Assembly: GCA_038087875.1 (NCBI GenBank)
Contig: CM075995.1
Coordinates: 372,001-436,000, forward strand
Reading direction: 5' to 3'
DNA: 64,000 bases
Source of the DNA: Malacoraja senta
Lineage: Eukaryota
Shown: one piece after another, positions 50,287 through 62,614 of the stretch
How positions within the stretch are numbered: position 1 is the stretch's first letter
How the letters are laid out: every line of letters starts with the position of its first letter
The notes under the pieces: model-generated
Told to the model about the DNA's origin: nothing
Database searches by the model: none
Seen by the model: only the letters and a program-made list of their open reading frames with translations
Program-made: the position numbers and the translations under genes

Positions 50287-51135
50287 GTGGAAGTGGCGGC
50301 GCTGTCGAACAGCAGCGGCTCGCCTGCAGTCCGTCTGTTTTTACTTTTTTTGTTGTTTTCTTTTGTCCTGTTTTAGTTAAATTTTAGTTTATTGGGTTGT
50401 GTATGTCTGGGGTGGGGGGGGGGGGGTGAAACATGATTTTTGTCTCTTCCTTCGGGGGAATGCGACTTTTTCTTGTCGTATCCCCCTTCTCTGCCTCCGT
50501 CTGCGCTGAGGCCAAAATGGCGGAGCTGCCGGCCTCCAACTGCGAGCGACCGACCTCGAGGCTCCGGAGGCAGAGCCAGGACTTACCAGCGCGGGGCTGG
50601 CCGGCTTCGGGGCTGCGGTGGCGTTCCGGCGGTGGCGACCGAGGACACTGGTGGCGACCTGAATCCGGAGGCTCGGCCGCGGGCCTGGTGGACGACATCG
50701 TCGGGAGCTTGTAGGTCACAGGTGGGTGACCTGTTTTTCTGGGGCTCCCGCAACTACAGCTGCGTCCGCTGGACTGGAGCGCGGCAGCTTCGGCAGCTTC
50801 GGCCACCCCGGGCCGCGGAGTTTGAACCGGCCCGTCGCGGACGGAGCACGGACTCAGCCGCGGGATTGACTTACCATCACCCGGCGGGGTCACAACATCA
50901 GAAGCCTGGATCGCCTCAGCGCAGAGGGAGAACAAAGAGGGAAGAGACAGAGACTTTAAGACTTTTGCCTCCATCACAGTGAGGAGGTGCCTGGTGAACT
51001 CACTGTGGTGGATGTTAATTTGTGTTTATTGTGTGTTTTGTTATTTATTATTATATGTATGACTGCAGGCAACGAAATTTCGTTCAGACCGAAAGGTCTG
51101 AATGACAAATAAAGGAATCTCTAATCTCTAATCTC
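50287..51135 (+). mobile_element. About 850-bp GC-rich non-autonomous retroposon with TSD and (AATCTCT)n tail
   Basis: TAGTTA at 50281-50286 and 51136-51141. 3' GAATGACAAATAAAG plus a tandem tail. Confidence 0.65.
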
Positions 51136-51289
51136 TAGTTACCCAACCAGATGCAACTAAATTTAAGGTAGCTCTTTCTTCCCAAAAACCCTTTCTGGCT
51201 TAAGTCCTCCCTCCACCAGCTCCAGTTTAAATTCCATTTGGAATATTTTGGAGGACCAAGAAACCAAGAAGAACAAGAAGAATAAATAA

Positions 51290-51700
51290 ATACTAGCATT
51301 TCATATGCCGTCCTTACTACCAATTCACCTTGCAAATTAACTTTTTGGGAATCCTGCACCAGCATTCCCAAGTCCCTTTGCATCTCCGATTTCTGAATCC
51401 CCTTACCATTTAGAAAACAGTTAGGCCTTTATTCCTGTGACCAAAATGCATGACTCCACACTTTGTTGCACTGCATTCCATCTGCCACTGCTCTGCCCAG
51501 TCTCCCAACCTGTCCAATTCCTTCTGCAGAGTCTCTACTCTACCTGCCCCACCACCTATCATTGCATCATCCTCGAACTTGGCCGCGAAGCCTTCATTTC
51601 TCTCATCCAAATCGTTGATGTAAAACGTGAAGAGTAGCGGCCCCAGCACCGACCCCTGCGGAACCCCGTTAGTCACAGGCAGCCAACCAGAGAACCCAAT
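51290..51700 (-). mobile_element. CR1-like RT fragment
   Basis: VTNGVPQGSVLGPLLF, KFEDD. Confidence 0.85.
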
Positions 51701-51892
51701 CCAATTACCAGACAACAATAACATGTGGTTGATACTTCAATAGTAAGGGATTTTCAGTCTGAGATGTGAGTTAGGCTGCTTAATTCCACAATGAAAACAT
51801 GCACAGGGCCACGGTGGCTACAGGGCCATGGTGGCTACACCACCCTGGCCACACATTCGCAAAGGCAACACAGCATCTCAGTTGGTACTCAC

Positions 51893-52073
51893 CCTTTAGG
51901 ATCAAGAAGATCTCGAACTTTTTCATTATAGATCTCCATGAATGACACTTCCACTTTAAATGTGTGAGATTCATTTTCCTCTTTGGAGACTCTCCCAAAC
52001 AGTGCACCACAGAGTCGAGGTATAAGGCCTGGTACATCAACGCTGCCCATCATTGAGAAAGACTTTCCTGAGC
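51893..52073 (-). CDS. KIF13A: KIF13 exon (181 bp): (G)SGKSFSMMGSVDVPGLIPRLCGALFGRVSKEENESHTFKVEVSFMEIYNEKVRDLLDPK(G)
   Basis: Translated by hand (not in the ORF track). ttcag|GCTCAGGAAAG...CCTAAAGG|gtgagt, phase 1-2, completes GQTGSGKS. SFSMMG favours KIF13A over KIF13B (SYTMMG). Confidence 0.93.
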
Positions 52074-52877
52074 CTGAATACGAATTTTGTAAAAGTAAAG
52101 AGTTATTTTTGGTGCAGAGAAATTTGTGTGTTTTAGTCTTTATTAGTTTTAGAGATACAGCGTGGAAACAGGCCCCTCGTCCACACCGCCCAGCGATCCC
52201 CGCACATTAACACTATCCTACACACACGAGGGACAATTTTACATTTATACCAAGCCAATTAACCTACAAACCTGTACAGCTTTGGAGTGTGGGAGGAAAC
52301 CGGAGATCTCGGAGAAAACCCACTCAGGTCACTCAGGGGAGATCGTATAAAATCCATACAGACAGCACCCGTGGTCAGGATCCAAGCTGTAAGGCAGCAA
52401 CTCTACCGTTGCGCCACCGTGCAGCCCCATGTATATAGTAATGTTTGACAAATAGACAACTAGTCATGCTTCTAGAAACTACAAAGACAAAAGATAACAT
52501 GTGACATATGTTACATAATAGAATCTTTGGCGGTGGGGGGAGGGGGTGAGTTCGGCTCGATGCCCTTCTTCACACTCAGGCCCAAAACATCACCTATTCC
52601 TTTTTGTGTCTATCATCGAGCTACAGAACAAGGTTGGGTAAGCTAGGATTTTATTCCTTGGAGCTCTGGAGGCTGAGGGATGATCTTATAGAAGTGTGTA
52701 AAGTCCTGAGGGTGAATGCACATGGTCTTTTAGCCAGATTGCAGAAGCAAGAACCATAAGACATAGGTTTAAGGTGAGAGGCGCAAGATTTAATACAAAC
52801 CTGAGGAGCAACCTTTTAACTGGGAACATGGAGGAGGAAGTTGGGGCAGGTATGAAAATAGCATTTATATGACACTT

Positions 52878-53304
52878 CTCTCCGTGGATTGTCACCTTGT
52901 CGTGGTGGAGAAGCTTGCGTGGACCTGAGATCCTGAGAGCGATGCCGTCTGGAGCTATGCTCCTGGTAGGGCCACGCATGGCGGTAAGGTTGAGGGGGAG
53001 GTCTCTGACAAAGAGCAATCCAACCAAGACCTCAACGGTGGAACAGGCGGAGGACGATGGCTGACCTTAGTGGAGCGTCACAACGGCTGGGAAGGCGGAT
53101 GAAGGCTGCAGCAGAAAAGGGTCTCCGGTCGTCTTGGACTCCATGCCACTGGATCCTGACCCAGATCTGTCAAGGACCGTGGGGTGGCTGTCTGTGCACC
53201 AGTCTCCCCACGTTAAACAAAGTCACGCACAGGCGTCCTCCATATAGGGAATAGCACCCTGGAAACACCCATGGTCAGCCATGACCGAAGGAGGGCCTAA
53301 GAAG
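52878..53304 (+). mobile_element. RTE-derived non-autonomous element (5' UTR-like part joined to a short 3' end) with 8-bp TSD
   Basis: TGACACTT at 52870-52877 and 53305-53312. ACCTTGTCGTGGTGGAGAAGCTTGCGT resembles RTE/BovB 5' UTRs (from recall). Ends in AAGAAG. Confidence 0.65.
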
Positions 53305-54174
53305 TGACACTTGGACAGGTACATGGACCTTCTTTAAGGTTTAGAGGGAAATGGGCCAAACGCAGACAATTAGGACTAGCTTAGGTGTGGAATCTTAGTT
53401 GGGGAATCAAGCAGGGCCGAAGGGTCTGTTTCAGTGCGTAGGTCTTTTCACTAGTATGACTCTGTGACTATGAATTCTGGATTGCTCTTGCTTAAAGCTT
53501 GGCACAGACAAAATCAACTTCAGAGCTTCTTCTGAGCTGACAGCTTGAGTAGTTTGTTCATGTTAATCATATAATTAATAGCTGATCATTAAAATGGATG
53601 ATGAGTTTCCTGTCAATGGTCCTCAATTCCAGCAGTAACACATGAAGAAACTTCACTTCAAATCAATTCTTCTCCAACTAGGAACTCATCCACTTTTGAT
53701 ACATCTGATGTGTAGGAAGGAACTGCAGATGTTGGTTTACACCAAAGAAAGACACAAAATGCTGGAGTAACTCAGTGGGTCAGGCGGCATCTCTGGAGAA
53801 AAGGAGTGGGTGACGTTTCGGGTCGAGACCCTTCTTCAGACTAAGAGTCAGGCGAGAGGAAAACTAAAGATATTAAAAAGAGGTAATAGACAATACACAA
53901 TAGACAATAGACAATAGGTGCAGGAGTAGGCCACTCGGCCCTTCGAGCCAGCACCCACCATTCAATGTGATCATGGCTGATCATCCCCAATCAGTACCCC
54001 GTTCCTGCCTTCTCCCCACATCCCCTGACTCCGCTGTTTTTAAGAGCCCTATCTAGCTCTCTCTTGAAAGCATCCGGAGAACCGGCCTTCACCGCCCTCT
54101 GAGGCAGAGAATTCCACAGACACAAAGAACAACAAATGAAAGGTATGCAAAAGGACAAATCAAAGCCAGCTTAC

Positions 54175-54267
54175 CTGTCTGTCCATAGGCAAAAATACAC
54201 GCATTGTATCCTTGAAATGCATTCTGAAGTATCCCTTCACCAAGGCACTTGAAAACCACCTCTTGAC
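54175..54267 (-). CDS. KIF13A: KIF13 kinesin-3 motor-domain exon (93 bp): (G)[30 protein letters not shown](G), first half of the P-loop
   Basis: Minus strand ctacag|GTCAAGAG...AGACAG|gtaagc, phase 1-1. Peptide matches the KIF13[15 protein letters not shown] region. Confidence 0.93.
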
Positions 54268-54540
54268 CTGTAGCAGAAAGATTGCAAGAAAAAGAAACCT
54301 CATTAAGACATGTAAACACAATACTTTGAATGTTCTATCCCATGTCGCCAAAATTTTTCAATCAATCAGATCAGAACTCCAGGACCTCAATCAAGTAACC
54401 AGATTTGAGAAGACACAAAGTGCTGGAGTAAGTCAATGGGTCAGGCAGTATCTCTCGAGAACACGGATAGGCAACCCTTCTTCAGACTGATCGCCGTAGG
54501 GGGAAGAGAGGTGGGAGGGTGAGACGATATTCTTTCTTAA

Positions 54541-54745
54541 CTTGTAGGAAGGAACTGCAGATCCTGGTTTAAACCGAAGATAGACACAAAAAGCTGGAGT
54601 AACTCAGCGGGACAGGCAGCATCTCTGGAGAGCAGGAACAGGTGACGTTTCAGGAAGAAGGGTCTCGACCCGAAACGTCACCCATTCCTTCTCTCCAGAG
54701 ATGCTGCCTGTCCCGCTGAGTTACTCCAGCATTTTGAGTCCATCA
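54541..54745. mobile_element. Fold-back Penelope pLTR insertion with 10-bp TSD
   Basis: TCTTTCTTAA at 54531-54540 and 54746-54755. Confidence 0.8.
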
Positions 54746-56327
54746 TCTTTCTTAATATTCCAGATATCAAGATGTTCCTATCCCAAATGAAGGAACAATC
54801 ATCGTCTTCTGCTGCGGTTAATCGAGTTTGCCTTAAATTCTGTTATAAAATAAACTTGGAGTCGAGCACAAAATGAGTGGTAATTTTACGCAGGTTGGCA
54901 CTGAAATGGTAGGTACAAGCATAACTGATACTTGCATAGATTTTCCAGCACCTTTGGTTCTGGAGCCTTTCCGGATTATCCGTTTTGCCGGACCAACAGA
55001 AGTCATGGCTTCTGAGAAGAGTCCAACGGTACCGGAACGTTCCGCCTAGGCTGCCGAGGGGCCGAGATACCGGCCGGCAAAGATGGCCTCGGGAGTCGGC
55101 TACGGGAAGGGATGTGCCGGCTCCAGCCGGGCCGGAGTTCCAGAGCCCCAGCCGTAGGAGGCAGATTCGACCCGCTGATCTGCTGTGGAAGTCCCGATGA
55201 GGTGGAGATCGGCTGCCTCACCCGGCCTAGGTGCCACATTTTCGGGGGAATTTCCGGAAGGGGAGGGGGGGATTTCTTATTTGTCAATTTTTAAATTTCG
55301 TTCCATTTTTAAAAATTTTGCCTGGATTGAAGGAGGTGCCGGACTTGTATGGAATTGACATCAAGAGCGTCAAGTACAATGGTTTTGGCTGGAGCACATG
55401 TGGACGATGTTTGCTAGGAATCCGCAATGCAAGACACCAGGCAGATGCGGCTTGTTCTTGGATGAAGCCCTTTGTTCCATACAAACGTAGAGAGGGATGG
55501 AAAGAGAACCAGATGCTGACGAATTGGTAACTGGGTTGCTCCCCAGATTTCCCCCAGTGTTTCCCCAGATCACAGTGCTGGCCGAAAGCCAAAACTGGTT
55601 CAAGGTTTCCAATCAGTATCAAGACTTGTAGAAATAAAGGAACTGCAGATGCTGGTGTATACCAAAGACGGACACAAAGAGCTGGAGTAACTCAGCGGGT
55701 CAGGCAGCATCCTGGGAGAACAAGGACGGGGATGCTTTGGGTCAGGACTCTTCCACGGATTGGGTCACGACCCGAAAAGTTATCCCACCTTTTCCTCCAG
55801 AGATGCTGCCTGACCCGCTGAGTTGCTCCAGCACTTTGTGTCGATCTTTAGTATTAAGACTTGGTTGGACAACTGCTCATACAAGCCCAATTTGTGAAGC
55901 AACAGGCGTAAAGCTTGTCAATTTGCTAATTTTACAGGGTGGTCACAATAAATGGGAATAGCTAATACAGAATAATGGGTGCGCATTCCCTCAACCCGAG
56001 AAAAAAATCCTCATTTCTAAATCTAAACCTAAATATACCATCTACCTCATTGGAGACCCTCAGACTATCTTTGATCGGACTTTACTGGCTTTATCCTGGA
56101 CTAAGCATTATTCCCTTATCATGTATCTTGTACACTGTGGACGGCTCGATTGTAATCATGTATTGTCTTTCCGCTGACTGGTTAGCACGCAACAAAAGCT
56201 TTTCACTGTACCTCGGTGCACGTGACATAAACCGAACTGATAACTAAAGTAAGTAGCATCCCACACGTCACTCTAACTGAACGGATTCATTTATATTGAA
56301 ACTAACTTTCAATTGTTTTCTCTGGGA

Positions 56328-57408
56328 CAGGGGCCTCCAAACTTTTCAGCATGAGGGCCACATTATATATTTGGCATATTTTTGCGGGCCAGAGGTAAAA
56401 AATAAGGAAATGTCAGTTTTGCTGTACGGACTCGATCTTGGAGGGAATATTCCAGTCCTAATACGCAAACAGGGGTAGTGGATAAGCAATAACCAACCTG
56501 ATCTCCCGGTGGCTCAGCACTTCAACTCCCCCTCCCATTCCGAATCCGACCTTTCTGTTCTCGGCTTCCTCCACAGCCAGAGTGAGGACCACCGTAAATT
56601 GGTGGAGCAGCACCTTCATATTTCGTTTGGGCAGTTTGCACCCCAGCGGTATGAACATTGACCTCTAATTTCAGGTAGTCCTTACTTTCTCCTCCCCTTC
56701 TCAGCTCTCCCTCAGCCCACTGGCTCCTCCTCTTCCTTTCTTCTTTCCCCACCCACCCTCACATCAGTCTGAAGAATGGTTTCGGCCCGAAACGTTGCCT
56801 ATTTCCTTCACTCCATAGATGCTGCCTCACCCGCTGAGTTTCTCCAGCATTTTTGTCCACCTAGTGGATAGACAAGGTAGCCGATGGCATCCGCGGGCTT
56901 GGAATGGAGTTTGGTCACTCGCGTATTCTCCGAATTGGAGATAGAGATGGCGGGAAAGCTAAGGGAAGAGTCGGGGCTCGAGCAGAGGAAATTGGGAGCT
57001 GGTTGGAAACTGGCTGCGAGGGAGATGAAGCGTTAAAGCGGTGATTGAGAGCAGGAAGCAGCAACGATACAGACATGATGTACCTGAGAGAGAGAGGTGA
57101 GGGAAGGGTCTGGAGGCGACTGAAACAAGGAATGTTCTATGTATTCTACAGGGAGAGAGGCAGAGCCTGAGCACAACGGGCTCCCACCTGGAACCGGGAA
57201 TTCGGTTTGAACCCATTCTTCCAAAGATCCGTTCCGAAGAAAACAAATCTGTTGTGTGGAGAGCAAATGAAGCAAACACGCTACAAATTCTCTGAGTCGC
57301 CAGACTTTAGGACCCGGGGGGAGCCCGGAGCTCAGAGCTTGCTGCGGGCAGGATAAAATCCCGTGACGGGCCGGATGTGGCCCGCGGGCCATAGTTTGGA
57401 GACCACTG
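56328..57408. mobile_element. hAT-Charlie-like non-autonomous element
   Basis: CAGGGGCCTCCAAACT...AGTTTGGAGACCACTG, GGCCCGCGGGCC subterminal motif. Flanks CTCTGGGA/CTCTAAAA match only partly. Confidence 0.7.
56485..56861 (+). mobile_element. 5'-truncated Penelope-like insertion with 9-bp TSD, nested in the Charlie-like element
   Basis: TAGTGGATA at 56476-56484 and 56862-56870. GIY-YIG C-terminus plus pLTR. Confidence 0.85.
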
Positions 57409-58966
57409 CTCTAAAACACCCTAGGATATGGGGAGATCTGAGAGAGATCTGTGTGAGATTCTTGATTAGTACAGGTGTCAGAGGTTATGGGGAGAATGCA
57501 GGAGAATGGGGTTAGGAGGGAGAGACAGATCAGCCATGATTGAATGGCAGAGTAGACTTGATGGAACGAATGGCCTAATTCTACTCCTATCACTTATGAC
57601 CCAAGTATTAAAATTCTGAGAAGCATAGACAATACACAATAGGTGCAGGAGTGGGCCATTTGGCCCTTCGAGCCAGCACCGCCATTCAATGTGATCATGG
57701 CTGATCATCCCCAATCAGTACCCCGTTCCTGCCTTCTCCCCATATCCCCTGACTCCGTTATTTTTAAGCCCTATCTAGCTTTCTCTTGAAAGCATCCAGA
57801 GAACCTGCCTCCACCGCCCTCTGAGGCAGAAAATTCCACAGACTCACCACTCTCTGTGAGGAAAAGTGTTTTTCTCGTCTCCGTTCTAAATGGCTTCCTC
57901 CTTATTCTCAAACTGTGGTCCCTGGTTCTGGACTCCCCCAACATCGGGAACACGTTTCATGCCTCTAGTGTGTCGAAGCCCTTAACAATCTTACATGTTT
58001 CAATGAGATCCTCTCTCCTCCTTCTAAACTCCAGTAGGTAGAATAAACAGTCAAGACTATTTTCTCACAGGGTGGAAATGTCAAAGACTAGAGGGCATAA
58101 CTTTTAAGTGAGAGGGGCAAACTTTAAAGAAGGTGTATGAGGGAAGGGTTTTTTTCACACGGAGAGTGATGGGTGCCTGGAATGCACTGCCAGGGTTGAT
58201 GATGAGAGCATCTATGTTAGTTGAGGTTAAGAGGCTTTCAGATAGGCACATGGATATGCTGGGAATGGCAGGGTGCAGATCATTTGCAGGCAGACGGGAT
58301 TAGTTTATAGACACAAAATGCTGGAGTAACTCAGTGGGACAGGCAGCATCTCTGGATAGAAGGGATGGGTGACGTTCTTGACCCGAAACGTCACCCATTC
58401 CTTCTCTCCAGAGATGTTGCCTGTCCCACTGAGTTACTCCAGCATCTGGTCTGAAGAAGGGTTTCGGCCCGAAACGTTGCCTATTTCCTTCGCTCCATAG
58501 ATGCTGCTGCACCCGCTGAGTTTCTCCAGCATTTTTGTGTACCTTCGATTTTCCAGCATCTGCAGTTCCTTCTTTAACACGAGTTACTCCAGCATTTTGT
58601 GTCTATCTTTGGTGTAAACCAGAATCTGCCGTTCCTTTCTACACATGAGATTAGTTTATCATGGCATTATTCTCGGCACCGACGTTATGGGGCAAAAGGA
58701 CCTATTTCTGTGCTGTACTGATACTAATATTTTCCAGATTGGATCGAACCACACACCAGATCATAATCCACAGTAAGATCTGCTGAGGCTTAACAACAAG
58801 CAACTTAGAGAATGACCTATTTCTGATTCCAAGAACATTTTCTAGTTGCTTTGATTGAGTTGGCAAGTCGCAATCAATTTCTAAATGGGGAGAGGATTCA
58901 GAAATCAGAGGTGCAACGGGACCTGGGAGTGCTAATGCACGATTCCAAAAATATTACTTTGCAGGT

Positions 58967-59167
58967 ACACAAAAATGCTGGAGAAACTCAGCGGGTGCAG
59001 CAGCATCTATGGAGCGACGGAGATAGGCAACGTTTCGGGCCGAAACCCTTCTTCAGCCCGTAACGTTGCCTATCTCCTTCGCTCCATAGATGCTGCTACA
59101 CCCGCTGAGTTTCTCCAGCATTTTTGTGTACCTTCGATTTTCCAGCATCTGCAGTTCCTTCTTAAAC
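58967..59167. mobile_element. Fold-back Penelope pLTR insertion with 16-bp TSD inside a CR1 copy (about 58880-59990)
   Basis: ATATTACTTTGCAGGT (58951-58966) vs ATATAACTTTGCAGGT (59168-59183). Confidence 0.85.
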
Positions 59168-60024
59168 ATATAACTTTGCAGGTTGTGTCGGTAGTAAGGA
59201 AGGTAAATGCAATGTTAGCATTCATTTTGAAAGACCGAGAGTATGAAAGCGATGATGTAATGTTGAGACTTTATAAGGTGCAGGTCAGGCCACATTTGCG
59301 CACACAGTTTTGGGGCCCATATCTGAGGAAGGATGTGCTGGCGTTGGAGGGGGTCCAGAGGAGGTTTAGGAGAATTTTCCTGGGGATGATTGGGTTAATG
59401 TACGAGGAGCTTTTAAAGGTTCTGGGCCAGTACACACTGGAGTTTACAAGGATGATTGGGAATCTCATTGAAACTTACCAAATTATGAAAGGACTGGATA
59501 GATTGGACGTGGAGAAGATAGACAATAGACAATAGGCAATAAGTGCAGGAGTAGGCCATTCGGCCCGTTGAGCCAGCACCGCCATTCAATGTGATCATTG
59601 CTGATCATCCCCAATCAGTACCCCATTCCTGCCTTCTCCCCATATCCCCTGACTCCGCTATCTTTAAGAGCCCTATCTAGCTCTCTCTTGAAAGTATCCA
59701 GAGAACCAGCCTCCACCGCCCTCAGAATTCCACAGACTCACCACTCTCTGTGAGAAAAAGTGGCAGAGAATTCCACAGACTCACCACTCTCTGTGAGAAA
59801 AAGTGTTTCCTCGTCTCCGTTCTAAATGGCTTCCGGTAATGGAAGAATCTCGGATCAGAGGGCACAATGAAAGGCCATACCTTTAAAGTGGAGATGAGGA
59901 GGAATTTCCTAAGCCAGAGGTTGGTGAATCAAGTCATTGGGCATTTTTAAAGTGGAGCTTGATACATTCTTGATTAGTAAGTGTGTCAAAGGTTACAGGG
60001 AGAAGGTAGGATTTAGCAGCATAA

Positions 60025-61190
60025 ACTCAGAGAACATATGTCAGGCTGTTATTCATCGATTACAGCTCGGCATTTAACACAATCATCCCCTCCAAGCTGG
60101 TTACCAAACTCGCAGAGCTGGGTCTCTGCGCATCCCTCTGCAATTGGATCCTCGACTTCCTCACTCTCAGACCACAGTCTGCTCGTATTGGTGGAAATGT
60201 GTCAGACTCGATAACAATCAGCACGGGAGCACCTCAAGGCTGCGTGCTCAGTCCCCTGCTGTACTCACTCTATACTCATGACTGCGTAGCCGGACATAGT
60301 GCGAACTCCATCATCAAGTTCGCTGATGACACCACTGTTGTGGGACGTATCACTGAGGGGGATGAGTCAGAGTATAGAAGAGAGATCGAGCAACTGTCCA
60401 TATGGTGCCAGCACAATAACCTGGCCCTCAACACCAGCAAAACCAAGGAACTGATTGTGGACTTTGGAAGGAGTAGGATGGGGACCCACAGTCCCGTTTA
60501 TATCAACGGGTCGATGGTTGAAAGGGTCAAGAGCTTCAAATTCCTGGGCGTGCACATCTCTAAAGATCTTTCCTGGTCCGAGAACAATGATGCCATTATT
60601 AAGAAAGCACATCAGCGCCTCTACTTCCTGAGAAGATTACGGAGAGTCGGTTTGTCAAGGAGGACTCTCTCTAACATCTACAGGTGCACAGTAGAGAACA
60701 TGCTGACCGGTTGCATCGTGGCTTGGTTCGGCAACGAGTGCCCTGGAGAGGAAAAGACTTCAAAAAGTAGTAAACACTGCCCAGTCCATCATCGGCTCTG
60801 ACCTCCCTTCCATCGAGGGGATCTACCACAGTCGCTGCCTCAAAAAGGCTGGCAGCATCATCAAGGACCCACACCATCCTGGCCACACACTCATCTCCCT
60901 ACTACCTTCAGGTAGAAGGTACAGGAGCCTGAAGACTGCAACGACCAGGTTCAGGAATAGCTACTTCCCCACAGCCATCAGGCTATTAAACTTGGCTCGG
61001 ACATAACACTGAACTTACTAGCCAATACTGTTATTTGCACTTTATCAGTATATTGACCATTGTGTATATATTTATAGAATGCCTTGTAGTAAATGCCTAC
61101 TATGTTCTGTTGTGCTCAAGCAAAGCAAGAATTTCATTGTCCTACCAGGGACACATGACAATAAACTCACTTGACTTGACTTGACTTGAA
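60025..61190 (+). mobile_element. Rex1/Babar-like LINE, RT domain and 3' end
   Basis: [35 protein letters not shown] and a (CTTGA)n tail. Confidence 0.9.
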
Positions 61191-61374
61191 CACACAAAAA
61201 CAAATTATACATAAATCAAGCATAGATTCTACAAGATAATGAAAAAGGAAAATACTGAATCAACAGGACATTGGTGCAAAACAAAACTAGAAAACAAGTC
61301 CGTGGTTATGCCAGAGGCATTCCGTTGCAGATGAAGGATTAGGTTTGTGCTGGTCGGCGCCAAAACCTGATGGT

Positions 61375-61920
61375 CACAAGATCATAAGTGATAGGAGCAG
61401 AATTAGGCCATTCGGTCAATCAAGTCAACTCTGCCATTCAATCATGGCTGATCTATGTCTCCCTCCTAACCCCATTCTCCTGCCTTCTCCCCGTAACCCC
61501 TGACACCCGTGCGAATCAAAAATCTATATCTCTGCCTTAAAAATATCCATTGACTTGGCCTCCACAGCCTCTGTCGTAAAGATTTCCACAGATTCAACAC
61601 CCTCTGACTAAAGAAATTCCTTCTCATCTACTACCTCAAGGAACATCCTTGAATTCTGAGGCTATGAACTCCAGCCCTAGACTCTCCCACTAGTGGAAAC
61701 ATCCTCTCCACATCCACTCTATTCAAGCCTTTCACTATGCGGTACGTTTCAATGAGGTGTCCCCTCATCCTTCTAAACTCCAGCGAGTACAGGCCCAGTG
61801 CCATCAAACGCTCATCATATGCTAACCCACTCATTCCTGGGATCATTCTTGTAAAGCTCCTCTGGACCCTCTCCAGAGCCAGCACCTCCTTCCTCAGATA
61901 TGGGGCCCAAAATTGCTCAC
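61375..61920 (-). mobile_element. CR1-like LINE 3' fragment
   Basis: ORF 61631-61993. Confidence 0.85.
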
Positions 61921-62614
61921 GATGGCCCATGGGTAGCATAGAGAAAAGGGCATGGCCTGGATGTGGGGATCCTTGATGGCTGATGCTATCCACATGTTTT
62001 TGATGGCGGGGAGGGCTCTATCCATGGTGAACTAGGATCAGTCAATAACTCTCTGCAGCCTAATATCATAATAGGCCATGATGCAACCAGTCAGGAATCT
62101 TTCTACAGTGTGTCTGCAGAAGGTTTTTTTCAGTGGCATAACAAATCTCTTTAACCTTGTACGAAAGTAGAAGCTGTCTCCAGAGATGCTGCCTGACCCA
62201 CTGAGTTACTCCAGCATCTTGCGTCTATCTTCTTCATGGTGACATCTATACTCATTATTAACCCCATTTTCCTGCCTTCTCCCCGTATTTCACTGGATCA
62301 CCTTTTTTCTAAATACACGAGTGAACTTGGAAGTCAAGCTAAATAAATCTGCTGGTGACATTGAGATTTTAAAGAAATAAATCACTCATTAGACTCCCAC
62401 ACGAAGTACAAGTGCTGACAAAGAGCCCCGTGAATAGGAAATCCAACTTTCAGTAGAAAATATGAGATACCAGATGATTCACCTTTCCTCGTCATGGAAT
62501 ATACTGCTGTGGCCCCATCACCCTTATCCAAATGAATAATCACCTGTCTTTGGCAATCCACGCACTCTCTGCTATCGCAATCATTCCAGAGATGGATGAT
62601 GAATCAAAGCTGGC

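Noticed and set aside
50384..50982. ORFs of 197 and 180 aa, and a CpG-island-like appearance
   Set aside because: They lie within a TSD-flanked repeat. Open frames are expected from the GC content, and there is no evidence of a host gene or promoter.
54940..55385. Possible Tigger-like DNA element with CCGGA-rich ends
   Set aside because: I could not define matching TIRs or a TA TSD.
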